From contig JAGXRH010000002.1 of NCBI GenBank assembly GCA_018335975.1, forward strand, positions 1 through 63,342: 63,342 bases of DNA, in the 5' to 3' direction. The stretch is from Ignavibacteriales bacterium. Lineage in GTDB: Bacteria; Bacteroidota; Ignavibacteria; UBA10030; F1-140-MAGs086. The first letter of the stretch is position 1. Each line of letters begins with the position of its first letter. A program made the position numbers and the translations under genes. The notes beneath the pieces are model-generated. The model ran no database searches. It was not told the DNA's origin and worked only from the letters and a program-made list of their open reading frames with translations. Positions 20,401 to 28,484 of this stretch are shown piece by piece.

Positions 20401-20682
20401 AATAATTCGTCATTGCCCGAAGAAATATATCTGCAAAATTATCCCAATCCCTTTAATCCCACGACGGCAATTCGTTTTCATCTTCCTTCAATGAGCATTG
20501 TATCGCTGAAAGTATATGACGTGCTTGGAAGAGAAGTTGCTACGATGTTAAACAATGATGAATTAAACGAGGGAGAACACGAAACACGATTTGACGCAAG
20601 CCATTTGCCAAGTGGAATTTATTTCTACAAACTTACAACGCAAACATATTCGCATACGAATAAACTGTTATTGCTTCGGTAA
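17425..20682 (+). CDS. T9SS cargo: Ig-like + 7-bladed FG-GAP/VCBS propeller + InlB-B-like + Fn3-like + Ig-like + unknown module + type-A sorting domain
   Basis: GGAG SD and signal peptide MKKILFALIIGVVFIFHLTFAQ. Seven 49-aa repeats of the form KVDYATGNNPYSVFVNDIDADGDGDLVTANYGSNTVSILKNNGNGTYST. YTITATAGSNGSISPSG...GYHVDSVIVDG follows. C-terminal LQNYPNPFNPTTAIRF...LPSGIYFYKL. Confidence 0.9.
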   Translation: MKKILFALIIGVVFIFHLTFAQVNTTLPSQNALNIPRATNIEVTFSSDINPQTLTNSSIRIHGSQSGLHTSSMSYNSLERKATINPNEDFTVGEVVSVSLTSGITIASSGVPIVPYSWSFTIQYNVSAGTFATKVDYGTGNSPHSVYIYDLDGDGDGDIITANWSSNTVSVIKSNGDDTYTTKVDYVTGNNPYFAFVSDIDDDGDGDIAVANNGSNTVSILKNNGNGVYSTKVDYATGGNPIAIFISDIDGDGDGDIATANYGSGTVTILKNNGDGTFALKVDYATGIRPWSVYLNDVDGDGDYDLAVANSNSNTVSILKNNGDGTYISKVDYATGNNPYSVFVNDIDADGDGDLVTANYGSNTVSILKNNGNGTYSTKTDYAAGANPVPVYISDVDGDSDGDIITANWSSNTVSILKNNGNGSYSAKVDYATGSNPHSVIIGDIDADGDGDLVVANQGSNTISTFKNINGTSAYTITATAGSNGSISPSGNVRVNSGSNEQFTISPNTGYHVDSVIVDGVLVDSINSYTFSNVSSNHTISVKFTVNEAAIVITLPATQIGGTSARLNGSVNPNGISTIVTFQYGLTTSYGNTIAATPSPVTGNDAVSVSALLTGLTQNTEYHFRVVASNEFTATVYGNDETFTTTNSTNNPPMAIAGFDSVKINTSKLLTLQGTDSDEGDSISAYVIKTFPAHGFLQSFNSAAGTVVYSPEFFYAGTDTFTFSVKDAQNIESTPAPFIVTVYQYIDSTTFRTFSQEDWVTPAVKIPKKGKRPMPTTGNVLDTIMTNVYPKLKVKTNPNFPGGVILGIKRTDSVKSYGWIRLIGKGKDVQKFLPHSGTARGFDKILGKTFLKEVKNPKVERYNNSLVGELLALKMNLAASADSITNPDFVNLVFDDPLQPNHLFAGKALTEIARFADTTLTYYKRYYTGATPPAMYNTMAIALRSINEAFHGKNIDTISVKPLRLRDSVRIDSVSFLRKGGNKETADFILLENNSSLPEEIYLQNYPNPFNPTTAIRFHLPSMSIVSLKVYDVLGREVATMLNNDELNEGEHETRFDASHLPSGIYFYKLTTQTYSHTNKLLLLR
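17824..18852 (+). repeat. Seven tandem 147-nt coding repeats (FG-GAP/VCBS blades)
   Basis: Repeat starts AAAGTGGATTATG... recur at 17824 and 17971, and thereafter every 147 nt. The protein units are about 49 aa. Confidence 0.9.
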
Positions 20683-20704
20683 ATGTTAAGAATGGTGGAG
20701 GTTC

Positions 20705-20747
20705 AAGGTACGACGGAAAAATCTTCTTGTCGTACCTTTTTATTTTT
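20705..20747 (+). terminator. Intrinsic terminator after cargo gene 17425-20682
   Basis: Stem AAGGTACGAC / GTCGTACCTT, 14-nt loop, then TTTTATTTTT. Confidence 0.8.
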
Positions 20748-20833
20748 AAACTGCACAATTCTCGGTTGATACAATAGTTTCATTCGTAATTCTAATTGTT
20801 ATATTTATCCCGTTTTTATAGAATGAATTTGTA

Positions 20834-21727
20834 ATGAACACAATAAAATGCGTCGTTTGCACATCTCAAAAACTTGGTGAAGTCCCTTTCGGATATATCT
20901 TTAAAGGAAAATGGCTGCAAGCAGTTGAATGTAAAAACTGTGGAATGATATTCATTCATCCTCAGCAAACATCGCAGGAACTTGTTGAATTATATTCTCG
21001 CGAATACTTTGAAGGGGGCGATTATCGTTGTGGACACGCGGAAAATTGTTTTGAGGAAGAAGGCGAAAGAATCGTTAGTCCAATCTTGGTACAAAAAATT
21101 CAATCGTTGCAACCGAGGGGAAAATTTCTTGACATTGGTTGTGCAGGTGGACAAATGCTCAACGCGATTCGGGAAAGAGGATACGAAACATACGGCGTAG
21201 AACTTTCCAGTGAGGCGGCTCAAAGCGCGCGGGATAAGTTTGGGCTGAACGTTATTACAGGTGATATTCTTTCGGCAAAGTATGAAAACAATTTTTTCGA
21301 TGTTGTGTTTATGGGAGATGTTCTTGAACACGTTCCTAATCCGGTTGAGGTGATGAAAGAAATTCACCGTATTACAAAACCGAAGGCACTCGTCGTTATT
21401 TTATGTCCCACGCAAACAAACACACTCTTCTCACGATTCGGTTTTTCCGTTTATACCCTTTTAGGAAAAAACGCCACAGTTAATTTACCACCATATCATC
21501 TCTTGGAATTTCGTCCTGTGAGTATGAAGAATTTTATGCGTCAAGCAGGATTTTCTGTAATTGATGCACAGGGTACAACGATGAAGCCATCTGAAATAGC
21601 GCAACGGAGTTCTTTTCTGCAAAACATTGCAAAGAAAGTTTTTCAGTATCCGAATTATATACTTACCACCAGGTTCAATATTTTTGGTGATAGAATTGAA
21701 CTATTCGCAAGAAAATCGGTGAAGTAA
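20834..21727 (+). CDS. Class I SAM-dependent methyltransferase with N-terminal 4-Cys zinc ribbon
   Basis: CVVCTS...ECKNCGMIF, motif I FLDIGCAGGQ and DVVFMGDVLEHV. Confidence 0.8.
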   Translation: MNTIKCVVCTSQKLGEVPFGYIFKGKWLQAVECKNCGMIFIHPQQTSQELVELYSREYFEGGDYRCGHAENCFEEEGERIVSPILVQKIQSLQPRGKFLDIGCAGGQMLNAIRERGYETYGVELSSEAAQSARDKFGLNVITGDILSAKYENNFFDVVFMGDVLEHVPNPVEVMKEIHRITKPKALVVILCPTQTNTLFSRFGFSVYTLLGKNATVNLPPYHLLEFRPVSMKNFMRQAGFSVIDAQGTTMKPSEIAQRSSFLQNIAKKVFQYPNYILTTRFNIFGDRIELFARKSVK

Positions 21728-21891
21728 TGTAATTTTCCCCGAAAAAGTGAGTCAGCCATAAAATGAAAAACGTATATAAAACAAAAGCCACCTCAATTCA
21801 CTTTTGAAAACTATATTACTATTTGCAAAAAAACACAAAAAGAGTATATTCTCCACACAAAAAATAATTTACAATCAATTTTGGAGAAAAC

Positions 21892-24120
21892 ATGAAACAG
21901 ATATTTAGAGCAATCGAAATGATGTGCGTAATATTTCTTTTCGTACAACTATTGTACGGGAACACTGGATCGTTACGTGACTTTTATGAAAAAACAGAAT
22001 ACGCAGTAGGTCAACATCCTTATGTTGTTGCTTCTGCCGATGTCGACTTAGATGGTGATGCAGATATAGTAGTTTCGAATTGGTATTCATTCTTTATCAC
22101 GGTATTGTTTAATAACGGCGATGGAACATTCCCCCAAAAAGTAAATATTCCCACGCTTGGTCAAGCAACTCACGTGATTACAACGGATATAGATAATGAT
22201 GGTGACGATGATTTAGTCGTTGCAAGCGCAAATTACCCAAGTGGTGGACAGGGCTCGATTACAATTATGATAAATAATGGTAATGGTACTTTTCAAAATC
22301 CCTATGGATATTATGTGAGTAGCGCAGCATCCACCGTTTGCGCAGGTGATTATGATAATGACGGGGATAAAGATTTAGCAGTTACAAATTGGTATGATGC
22401 CACGGTTACAATCTTTTTCAATACGGGTGGGGGCTTGTTTACAAGAGGGGGCGATTATCTCGTTGGTGCCTATCCCCATGAGTTGGTTGCTGCAGATTTT
22501 GATGGTGATGGGAACCGAGATATTGCAACGGCAAACACAAACTACGGTGGGGATAACGGATCTGTTACCATTCTAAAAAATACCGGACAAGGAATATTTG
22601 AGTTAATCGCAACCATAACCGTCGACGAACACCCACAGGCACTATCAGCTGCGGACATTGATAGCGATAATGATATAGATATCGTTATTGCCAATCGAAA
22701 CTCCAACAATGTTTTTATATTGAAAAATGATGGCGGGGCATTTGAAATCTCATCCACGGTAGAGGTTGGTGTGTGGCCTACAGGAATTACCCCCGGAGAT
22801 TTTAACCAGGACGGCTACGTGGACTTCGCCGTAACCAATTCTTATGCCTACACGGGGATTCTTGGCACTATCTCTTATTTAACAAACAACGGTAATGGCG
22901 AATTTTCTGAAGAATCGTTTGTTAATGTAAACAGCGGTCCACGTACGCTTGCAAGAGGCGACCTGAATGGCGATGGATTTATGGATCTGGCAGTAACAAG
23001 TTGGGATGAAAATTCAGTTACTGTCTTATTAAACGAAAACAGAAAATTTCGGACGCTGAAAGCAGACACCTCGCTCTCGAAGAAAGCGAAGAAAATTTCT
23101 ATCGTAAACGCAACATTCCAAACATCACCCAATCACGGTACGGTCTTACAGGCGTTATTCAACAAAATAGGAAAAAGCGGTGCGCCATTATTAGGTATTC
23201 CTCAGAATGATAAAGCATTAGCAAAAAAATATGCATGGATTCACTATAAGAACGCACAAGAACTGAGTAAACTCTATTTAGGAGAACATAATGGTCCTGC
23301 ATATCCACTTGACTATACAAGGAAGAACGATAAAATTCGAGGGAAATTGAAAGGGGCGCTAAAACCAACGAGTAAAAAGTACAACAACATTGCCATAGAA
23401 CAGGGCGTTCTGTTCAAAGTCAACCTTCTTGCAAGCGCCTACGGAATAACTCCACGTGGATTAGGAAATGTCGTTTTTGATTCTGCATATATATTGGGTG
23501 GTAGAAATCTAAAAGGATATTCCCTTGCAGCAATTTCTCTTTACTTTGACAGTTTAATGACGTATTGGGAACTTTTCGGTATAAATAATCAAGCGGCATA
23601 CGAGAATCTTGACAAATTTTCTCGGTATTTTCTTAAAGGAATTAATGAAGGATTCTCAACCGACTTAAATCCAAGCAGTTACACGCTTAACGCAAAATCG
23701 TACATAGACAATAAACCATACCCTTTGTTTTTGAAAGGAACCAAAGATGCCGTCCTATTAGGATTTCTTAGTAACGTAACGGGAAAAACAGATGAATCGA
23801 AATTGATAGGGAGCGAGATGCCCCGTGTTGAAATCCCTACAAAGATTGAGTTGAATCAAAATTATCCGAACCCATTCAACCCCACAACAACGATAGAGAT
23901 TGGGGTTCCTGAAGAATTAGATGGAGTTGTGGCAACGATGAAAATTTTCAATACGCTTGGCCAAGAAGTGTTCTCTCCAATAGAGAATGAACAACTTGAA
24001 TATGGAACGAGAAGCGTAATAATCAATGCCTCAACCCTCCCAAGCGGTACATATTTTTATCGTTTACAAACGTCAAACAAAAAGTTTGTATTGTCGAAAA
24101 AAATGTTGTTGCTAAAATAA
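21892..24120 (+). CDS. T9SS cargo: 7-bladed FG-GAP/VCBS propeller + unknown module + type-A sorting domain
   Basis: GGAG SD and signal peptide. Seven Ca-loop-like motifs: DVDLDGDAD, DIDNDGDDD, DYDNDGDKD, DFDGDGNRD, DIDSDNDID, DFNQDGYVD, DLNGDGFMD. C-terminal LNQNYPNPFNPTTTIE...LPSGTYFYRL. Confidence 0.9.
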   Translation: MKQIFRAIEMMCVIFLFVQLLYGNTGSLRDFYEKTEYAVGQHPYVVASADVDLDGDADIVVSNWYSFFITVLFNNGDGTFPQKVNIPTLGQATHVITTDIDNDGDDDLVVASANYPSGGQGSITIMINNGNGTFQNPYGYYVSSAASTVCAGDYDNDGDKDLAVTNWYDATVTIFFNTGGGLFTRGGDYLVGAYPHELVAADFDGDGNRDIATANTNYGGDNGSVTILKNTGQGIFELIATITVDEHPQALSAADIDSDNDIDIVIANRNSNNVFILKNDGGAFEISSTVEVGVWPTGITPGDFNQDGYVDFAVTNSYAYTGILGTISYLTNNGNGEFSEESFVNVNSGPRTLARGDLNGDGFMDLAVTSWDENSVTVLLNENRKFRTLKADTSLSKKAKKISIVNATFQTSPNHGTVLQALFNKIGKSGAPLLGIPQNDKALAKKYAWIHYKNAQELSKLYLGEHNGPAYPLDYTRKNDKIRGKLKGALKPTSKKYNNIAIEQGVLFKVNLLASAYGITPRGLGNVVFDSAYILGGRNLKGYSLAAISLYFDSLMTYWELFGINNQAAYENLDKFSRYFLKGINEGFSTDLNPSSYTLNAKSYIDNKPYPLFLKGTKDAVLLGFLSNVTGKTDESKLIGSEMPRVEIPTKIELNQNYPNPFNPTTTIEIGVPEELDGVVATMKIFNTLGQEVFSPIENEQLEYGTRSVIINASTLPSGTYFYRLQTSNKKFVLSKKMLLLK

Positions 24121-24141
24121 CACTCCGTTCTATCAATCACC

Positions 24142-24177
24142 GAGGGACAATTTTTATAGATTGTCCCTCTTTTTTTT
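24142..24177 (+). terminator. Intrinsic terminator after cargo gene 21892-24120
   Basis: Stem GAGGGACAA / TTGTCCCTC, 10-nt loop, T8. Confidence 0.85.
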
Positions 24178-24244
24178 CAAGCGTATGGAAAGTGTATGAT
24201 TTCATTATATTTACCATCAAAAATTTATCAAACATAACAAAATT

Positions 24245-25087
24245 TTGCTTCCCCTTGTCTATATTATCGTTCTCAACTGGAATGGGAAAGACGACACCTT
24301 AGAGTGCTTACGCTCGTTACAAAACATAGACTATAAAAACTACAAAATTCTTGTTGTTGACAACGCTTCTGAAGATGGAAGCGTAGGCGCGATTCAGTCG
24401 GAGTTTCCTAACATCGAAATTCTTGTAAATGCAAATAATCTGCGTTTTGCCGGAGGAAATAATGTTGGTATAAAATATGGGTTACAACATGATGCGGATT
24501 ATATTTTGTTATTAAATAATGACACTGCTGTTGATGGCAGATTTCTTTCTTCTCTGATTCATTGTATAAATGAGACTAAAGACGCTGGAATAGCAGGAGC
24601 CAAAATTTTTTATTTTTTTGATAAGCGAAGAATTTGGTACGCAGGCGGAAACTTGAATTTTGCTACTGGAAGTTTTAAGCACCGAGGAATTCGGCAACGC
24701 GAAAGTGAGCTATACAACGCCGTTGAAGAGGTTGATTACATTACGGGCTGTTGTATGTTAATAAAACGTGAAGTAATAGAACGAGTTGGCATGTTAGATG
24801 AATCATATTTTATTTATGGAGAAGACGCTGATTATTGTTTACGCGCAAAAAATGCTGGCTATAAACTGATGTACATCCCATCTGCAATTGTGTATCACAA
24901 GGTTTCTGTTAGTTCCGGAGGAAATTTTTCGTGGTTTAAGAATTGGAACAAATTGAAAAGTAATTTGCGTTTACTTTGGAGATATGCGAAATGGTATAAT
25001 TGGATTGTCATTCCGTTTACGTTTCCTGTTGGAATCATTGTTGGTTATTACACGGCGAAACGTGAGTCGAAAGAAATCGGAAAGTAG
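24245..25087 (+). CDS. Glycosyltransferase family 2
   Basis: YIIVLNWNGKDDTLECL, VVDNASEDGS, LLLNNDT and YGEDADYC, as in rhamnosyltransferase-like GT2 enzymes. TTG start in the track. Confidence 0.8.
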   Translation: MLPLVYIIVLNWNGKDDTLECLRSLQNIDYKNYKILVVDNASEDGSVGAIQSEFPNIEILVNANNLRFAGGNNVGIKYGLQHDADYILLLNNDTAVDGRFLSSLIHCINETKDAGIAGAKIFYFFDKRRIWYAGGNLNFATGSFKHRGIRQRESELYNAVEEVDYITGCCMLIKREVIERVGMLDESYFIYGEDADYCLRAKNAGYKLMYIPSAIVYHKVSVSSGGNFSWFKNWNKLKSNLRLLWRYAKWYNWIVIPFTFPVGIIVGYYTAKRESKEIGK

Positions 25088-25092
25088 CGCAA

Positions 25093-26424
25093 ATGGAGTT
25101 TGGTAAGCATCTTAAGAAAGGGTTTTGGGGACTTGCAGATAAAAGTCTTCCATTGATTTATGGGCTTGGTTTTGTGCTGTTGGTCATTCGTGTTTTACCG
25201 AAAGAAGAATTTGGAACGTATATAATAATTCAAAATTTATATTTGCTTCTTGTCGCAGCGGGTTCAAGCTTTGCATTATTACCAATGGTAAAATTTGCGG
25301 CAGAAACAGAGGATATTGTGGCTATCACAAATACTGGAAATTGGCTATATGTATTCTTCGTAATCGTTATTGGCTTACCGATTGTCGCATTCAAAGAGGA
25401 GTTTGCAAAAATTTTTCATACGCCAGATTTTATAGAGTTAGCGTGGTTTCTTCCTTTGATGCTTGTCGTTTCCTCGCTTCGGCAAGTGACTCTGTATTTG
25501 CTACAGTCGAAAATTCAGATTCGACATATGTTTTTTTTGAATGCGGTATATTTTATAGGTTCGCTCATTCTCGTTATAATTGTTTTTCAAAATGTTGAAA
25601 ACCAGACGGCGTTCACGATGCTCGTCATCAATACGGTTACACTCGCTTTTTCATCGGCGCTCGGTTTTCTCCTTCTACCTTCAGGAACAATAAGGAAAAT
25701 GTTTCTTTGGAACGTTCAAAAAGTAGAGGTGAAAAAATTTTGGAATTATGGAAAATATTCGTTTGGTGCGTCTTCTTCCTATACATTGTATCTTCAAGCA
25801 GATAGTTTTGTAATTGCGAATTTGCTCGGCCCTGTTTCGGTTGCGGTCTATAATGCCGCAAAGGTATTTATCCGAATATTCGACGTCGTGCTACAGGTGA
25901 TAATGATGTTTATAGTGCCGATTTCAGCACAATTGTCTTCAAAGAATAATGTCGAGGATCTCAGAATTTTAGCCGAGAAATCAATATTCGTCTTTACCGC
26001 AATTATTTTTCCTATGAGCATAGGTCTTTTTTTTTTCTCTCCGGAAATTATTTCTCTGTTTTATAATAATAAATATTCAGATACAACAATTCTTCTTCGA
26101 TTACTTTCACTATCAGGAATTTTTATACCTACAATTGGAGTTGCGGCAAGTTTTTTATATGGCATTGGAAAAATGAAAGAAGTATTTCTCGTCAGCGCAA
26201 TCAATGTCGTAACAGCAATATGTATAATGTATTTTGCCATTGTTTACGGCGGAATAGTTGGCGCAGCAGTTTCAATTATCTGTATTTCAATGATGATGAT
26301 GTTCACGTATTACTTTGCTCTCGTGAAGTATTGTGGGATTTCTTTGCGGTTCAGTAATATTATTTTACGATATAAAGACGCACTTCTATTTGTTCAAAAG
26401 TTATTGAACAATAAAAGTAATTAG
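25093..26424 (+). CDS. Wzx-like oligosaccharide flippase (MOP superfamily polysaccharide biosynthesis protein)
   Basis: 443 aa with about 12 hydrophobic helices throughout. Position and size are typical of Wzx in glycan loci. No sharp motif, so the call rests on architecture and context. Confidence 0.65.
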   Translation: MEFGKHLKKGFWGLADKSLPLIYGLGFVLLVIRVLPKEEFGTYIIIQNLYLLLVAAGSSFALLPMVKFAAETEDIVAITNTGNWLYVFFVIVIGLPIVAFKEEFAKIFHTPDFIELAWFLPLMLVVSSLRQVTLYLLQSKIQIRHMFFLNAVYFIGSLILVIIVFQNVENQTAFTMLVINTVTLAFSSALGFLLLPSGTIRKMFLWNVQKVEVKKFWNYGKYSFGASSSYTLYLQADSFVIANLLGPVSVAVYNAAKVFIRIFDVVLQVIMMFIVPISAQLSSKNNVEDLRILAEKSIFVFTAIIFPMSIGLFFFSPEIISLFYNNKYSDTTILLRLLSLSGIFIPTIGVAASFLYGIGKMKEVFLVSAINVVTAICIMYFAIVYGGIVGAAVSIICISMMMMFTYYFALVKYCGISLRFSNIILRYKDALLFVQKLLNNKSN

Positions 26425-26655
26425 AGGAAATTGAGCACACACCAAGATATACGTGCGATACATCGTCTATATGAATGAGAGATGCTTTAATTGCGCGATA
26501 TAGATTCTCGTGGTGTAATTTCAAATACCTATCGATCAATATAAAATTAGAATACGGAATTTTAGAATAAACGACACGGTGTAATTATTTTTACGTTCTA
26601 GAAAAACAGGGATATGCCCAAAAAAGAGGATGAATTTTAAATCGATCCCATTATT

Positions 26656-27540
26656 ATGAATAATTCATACAGCATTATATTTCAAACATTCAGGTTTGCG
26701 CAAAAGCTTTTACGCGGTTCCGGTTTAGGAAAAATTAAAGCATTACGAACAATTCGAGATTTTATATTTCATCAACTACGCCCCCAAGAGCCGATGATTG
26801 TTCAAATAGAGAATATTAAAATGTACGTTGACCCCTCTTTTTCAGCTGTTGTTCCGGAGTTGTTACGCGATGATATCTATGAAGCAGATGAAACCAGACT
26901 CTTGCAAAGTATTTTACGGGAAGGAGATACCTTTGTTGATGTAGGAGCGAATATTGGATATTATTCATTGTTTGCGGGATTACTTGTGAAAGAAAAAGGG
27001 AGAGTAATTTCGTTCGAACCCGAACCCTTCAACTTTTCATATCTCCAGAAAAATGTTTCCTTAAACAACCTCACAAATGTTATAATGGAACAAAAGGCAA
27101 TTTCTGATAGAAAAGGACAACTCCGTTTGTTTCTTGATAAAACAAATTCAGGAGCACATCACCTCTATAATCTTAATGATCAAGCAGAAGAGGTGATTGT
27201 AGAGGCAATCACGTTGGACGAATATTTTTCCCCCTCTTCACAAAGGGTTGATCTCATCAAAATGGATATTCAAGGATATGAACCTTTTGCGCTTAAAGGC
27301 ATGGAAAATATCATACGACAAAATCCATCATTGAAAATAATAACTGAATATTGGCCACCAATGATTAAAAAAGCAGGGTTTAATCCAGAGGATTACCTCA
27401 AATCGCTCACGTCTTTAGGTTTTCATTTCACAATTATCAACGGTCAACATATTCAAAATGTAGAATTTGCAAGTTTTGAATCAATTGCTAAATCTTGTGA
27501 AGAGCACGAGTTTATCAACCTCCTGTGTGAAAAGGGGTGA
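26656..27540 (+). CDS. FkbM-family methyltransferase
   Basis: FVDVGANIGYYS, ISFEPEPFNFSYLQKN and LIKMDIQGYE. Paralogous to the next gene. Confidence 0.8.
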   Translation: MNNSYSIIFQTFRFAQKLLRGSGLGKIKALRTIRDFIFHQLRPQEPMIVQIENIKMYVDPSFSAVVPELLRDDIYEADETRLLQSILREGDTFVDVGANIGYYSLFAGLLVKEKGRVISFEPEPFNFSYLQKNVSLNNLTNVIMEQKAISDRKGQLRLFLDKTNSGAHHLYNLNDQAEEVIVEAITLDEYFSPSSQRVDLIKMDIQGYEPFALKGMENIIRQNPSLKIITEYWPPMIKKAGFNPEDYLKSLTSLGFHFTIINGQHIQNVEFASFESIAKSCEEHEFINLLCEKG

Positions 27541-27614
27541 ACACGTTTTAATCAGGAATGGCAGCTATTATGGTGATTAAAATCAACGAGTTAGACGGTA
27601 GAACAATAGTTAGT

Positions 27615-28484
27615 ATGAAAAAAATTCTTTTCTCTTTTTTTAGATTTTTCCAAAAAGTTCTCAGAGGAAGCGGTTTAGGAAAAATTCCTCTATTCAAAAA
27701 AATGCGCGATGCGATTTATGTATTGCTTCGGCCGAAATCCGTAACACAAATCGAAGTAGAAGGAATAAAACTGCTCGTTGACCCAGTTGACGAATCAATA
27801 GGAAAATTATTTCTTGTGCATACACGCTATGAACCGACAGAAACCGATTTAATAAAATCGATTCTCAAACCCGGAATGACCTTTGTGGATATCGGCGCAA
27901 ACATAGGTTATTATTCGATACTTGCGTCCAAATGTGTTGGAGAAAATGGAAAAGTGTTTTGCTTTGAACCTGCGCCAAGCAATTTTTCTTTTCTACAAAA
28001 AAATATTGAAGCAAACAGCGCAAAAAATATAGTCGCAATTCAAAAAGCAGTTTCTGACCAAAAAGGAACCCTGCATCTTTTTATGGATGAACACCTTTCT
28101 GGTGGACATCAAATTTTTAATTCAGGAATTAAGTCGAAATCGGTTGAAGTTGAAACAATTTCCGTTGATGAGTTTTTTCAAAATGAAAACAGTAAAATTG
28201 ACCTGTTGAAAATCGATATCGAAGGCGCGGAAATGTTTGCTCTGCAAGGAATGAAGCAAACGCTCGCCGCAAATCCCCAAATGAATTTCATCACCGAATT
28301 TTATCCAAAAATGATTGAGCGAGGTGGCTTTTCTCCTCAGCAATACTTGAATGAACTTCGCGCTCTCGGTTTTTCTCTTTCAATTATTGATGAAGAAAAG
28401 AAAATAATCTTTCACGCCGTTGACGAAGAAATATTTTCCATTGCTCAAATTGATGGAACGACGAACCTTTTCTGTGAAAGATGA
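27615..28484 (+). CDS. FkbM-family methyltransferase (tandem paralog)
   Basis: FVDIGANIGYYS, FCFEPAPSNFSFLQKN and LLKIDIEGAE. N-terminus FRFFQKVLRGSGLGKI parallels FRFAQKLLRGSGLGKI of the preceding gene. Start moved to MKKILFS; the track start is 27558. Confidence 0.8.
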   Translation: MKKILFSFFRFFQKVLRGSGLGKIPLFKKMRDAIYVLLRPKSVTQIEVEGIKLLVDPVDESIGKLFLVHTRYEPTETDLIKSILKPGMTFVDIGANIGYYSILASKCVGENGKVFCFEPAPSNFSFLQKNIEANSAKNIVAIQKAVSDQKGTLHLFMDEHLSGGHQIFNSGIKSKSVEVETISVDEFFQNENSKIDLLKIDIEGAEMFALQGMKQTLAANPQMNFITEFYPKMIERGGFSPQQYLNELRALGFSLSIIDEEKKIIFHAVDEEIFSIAQIDGTTNLFCER

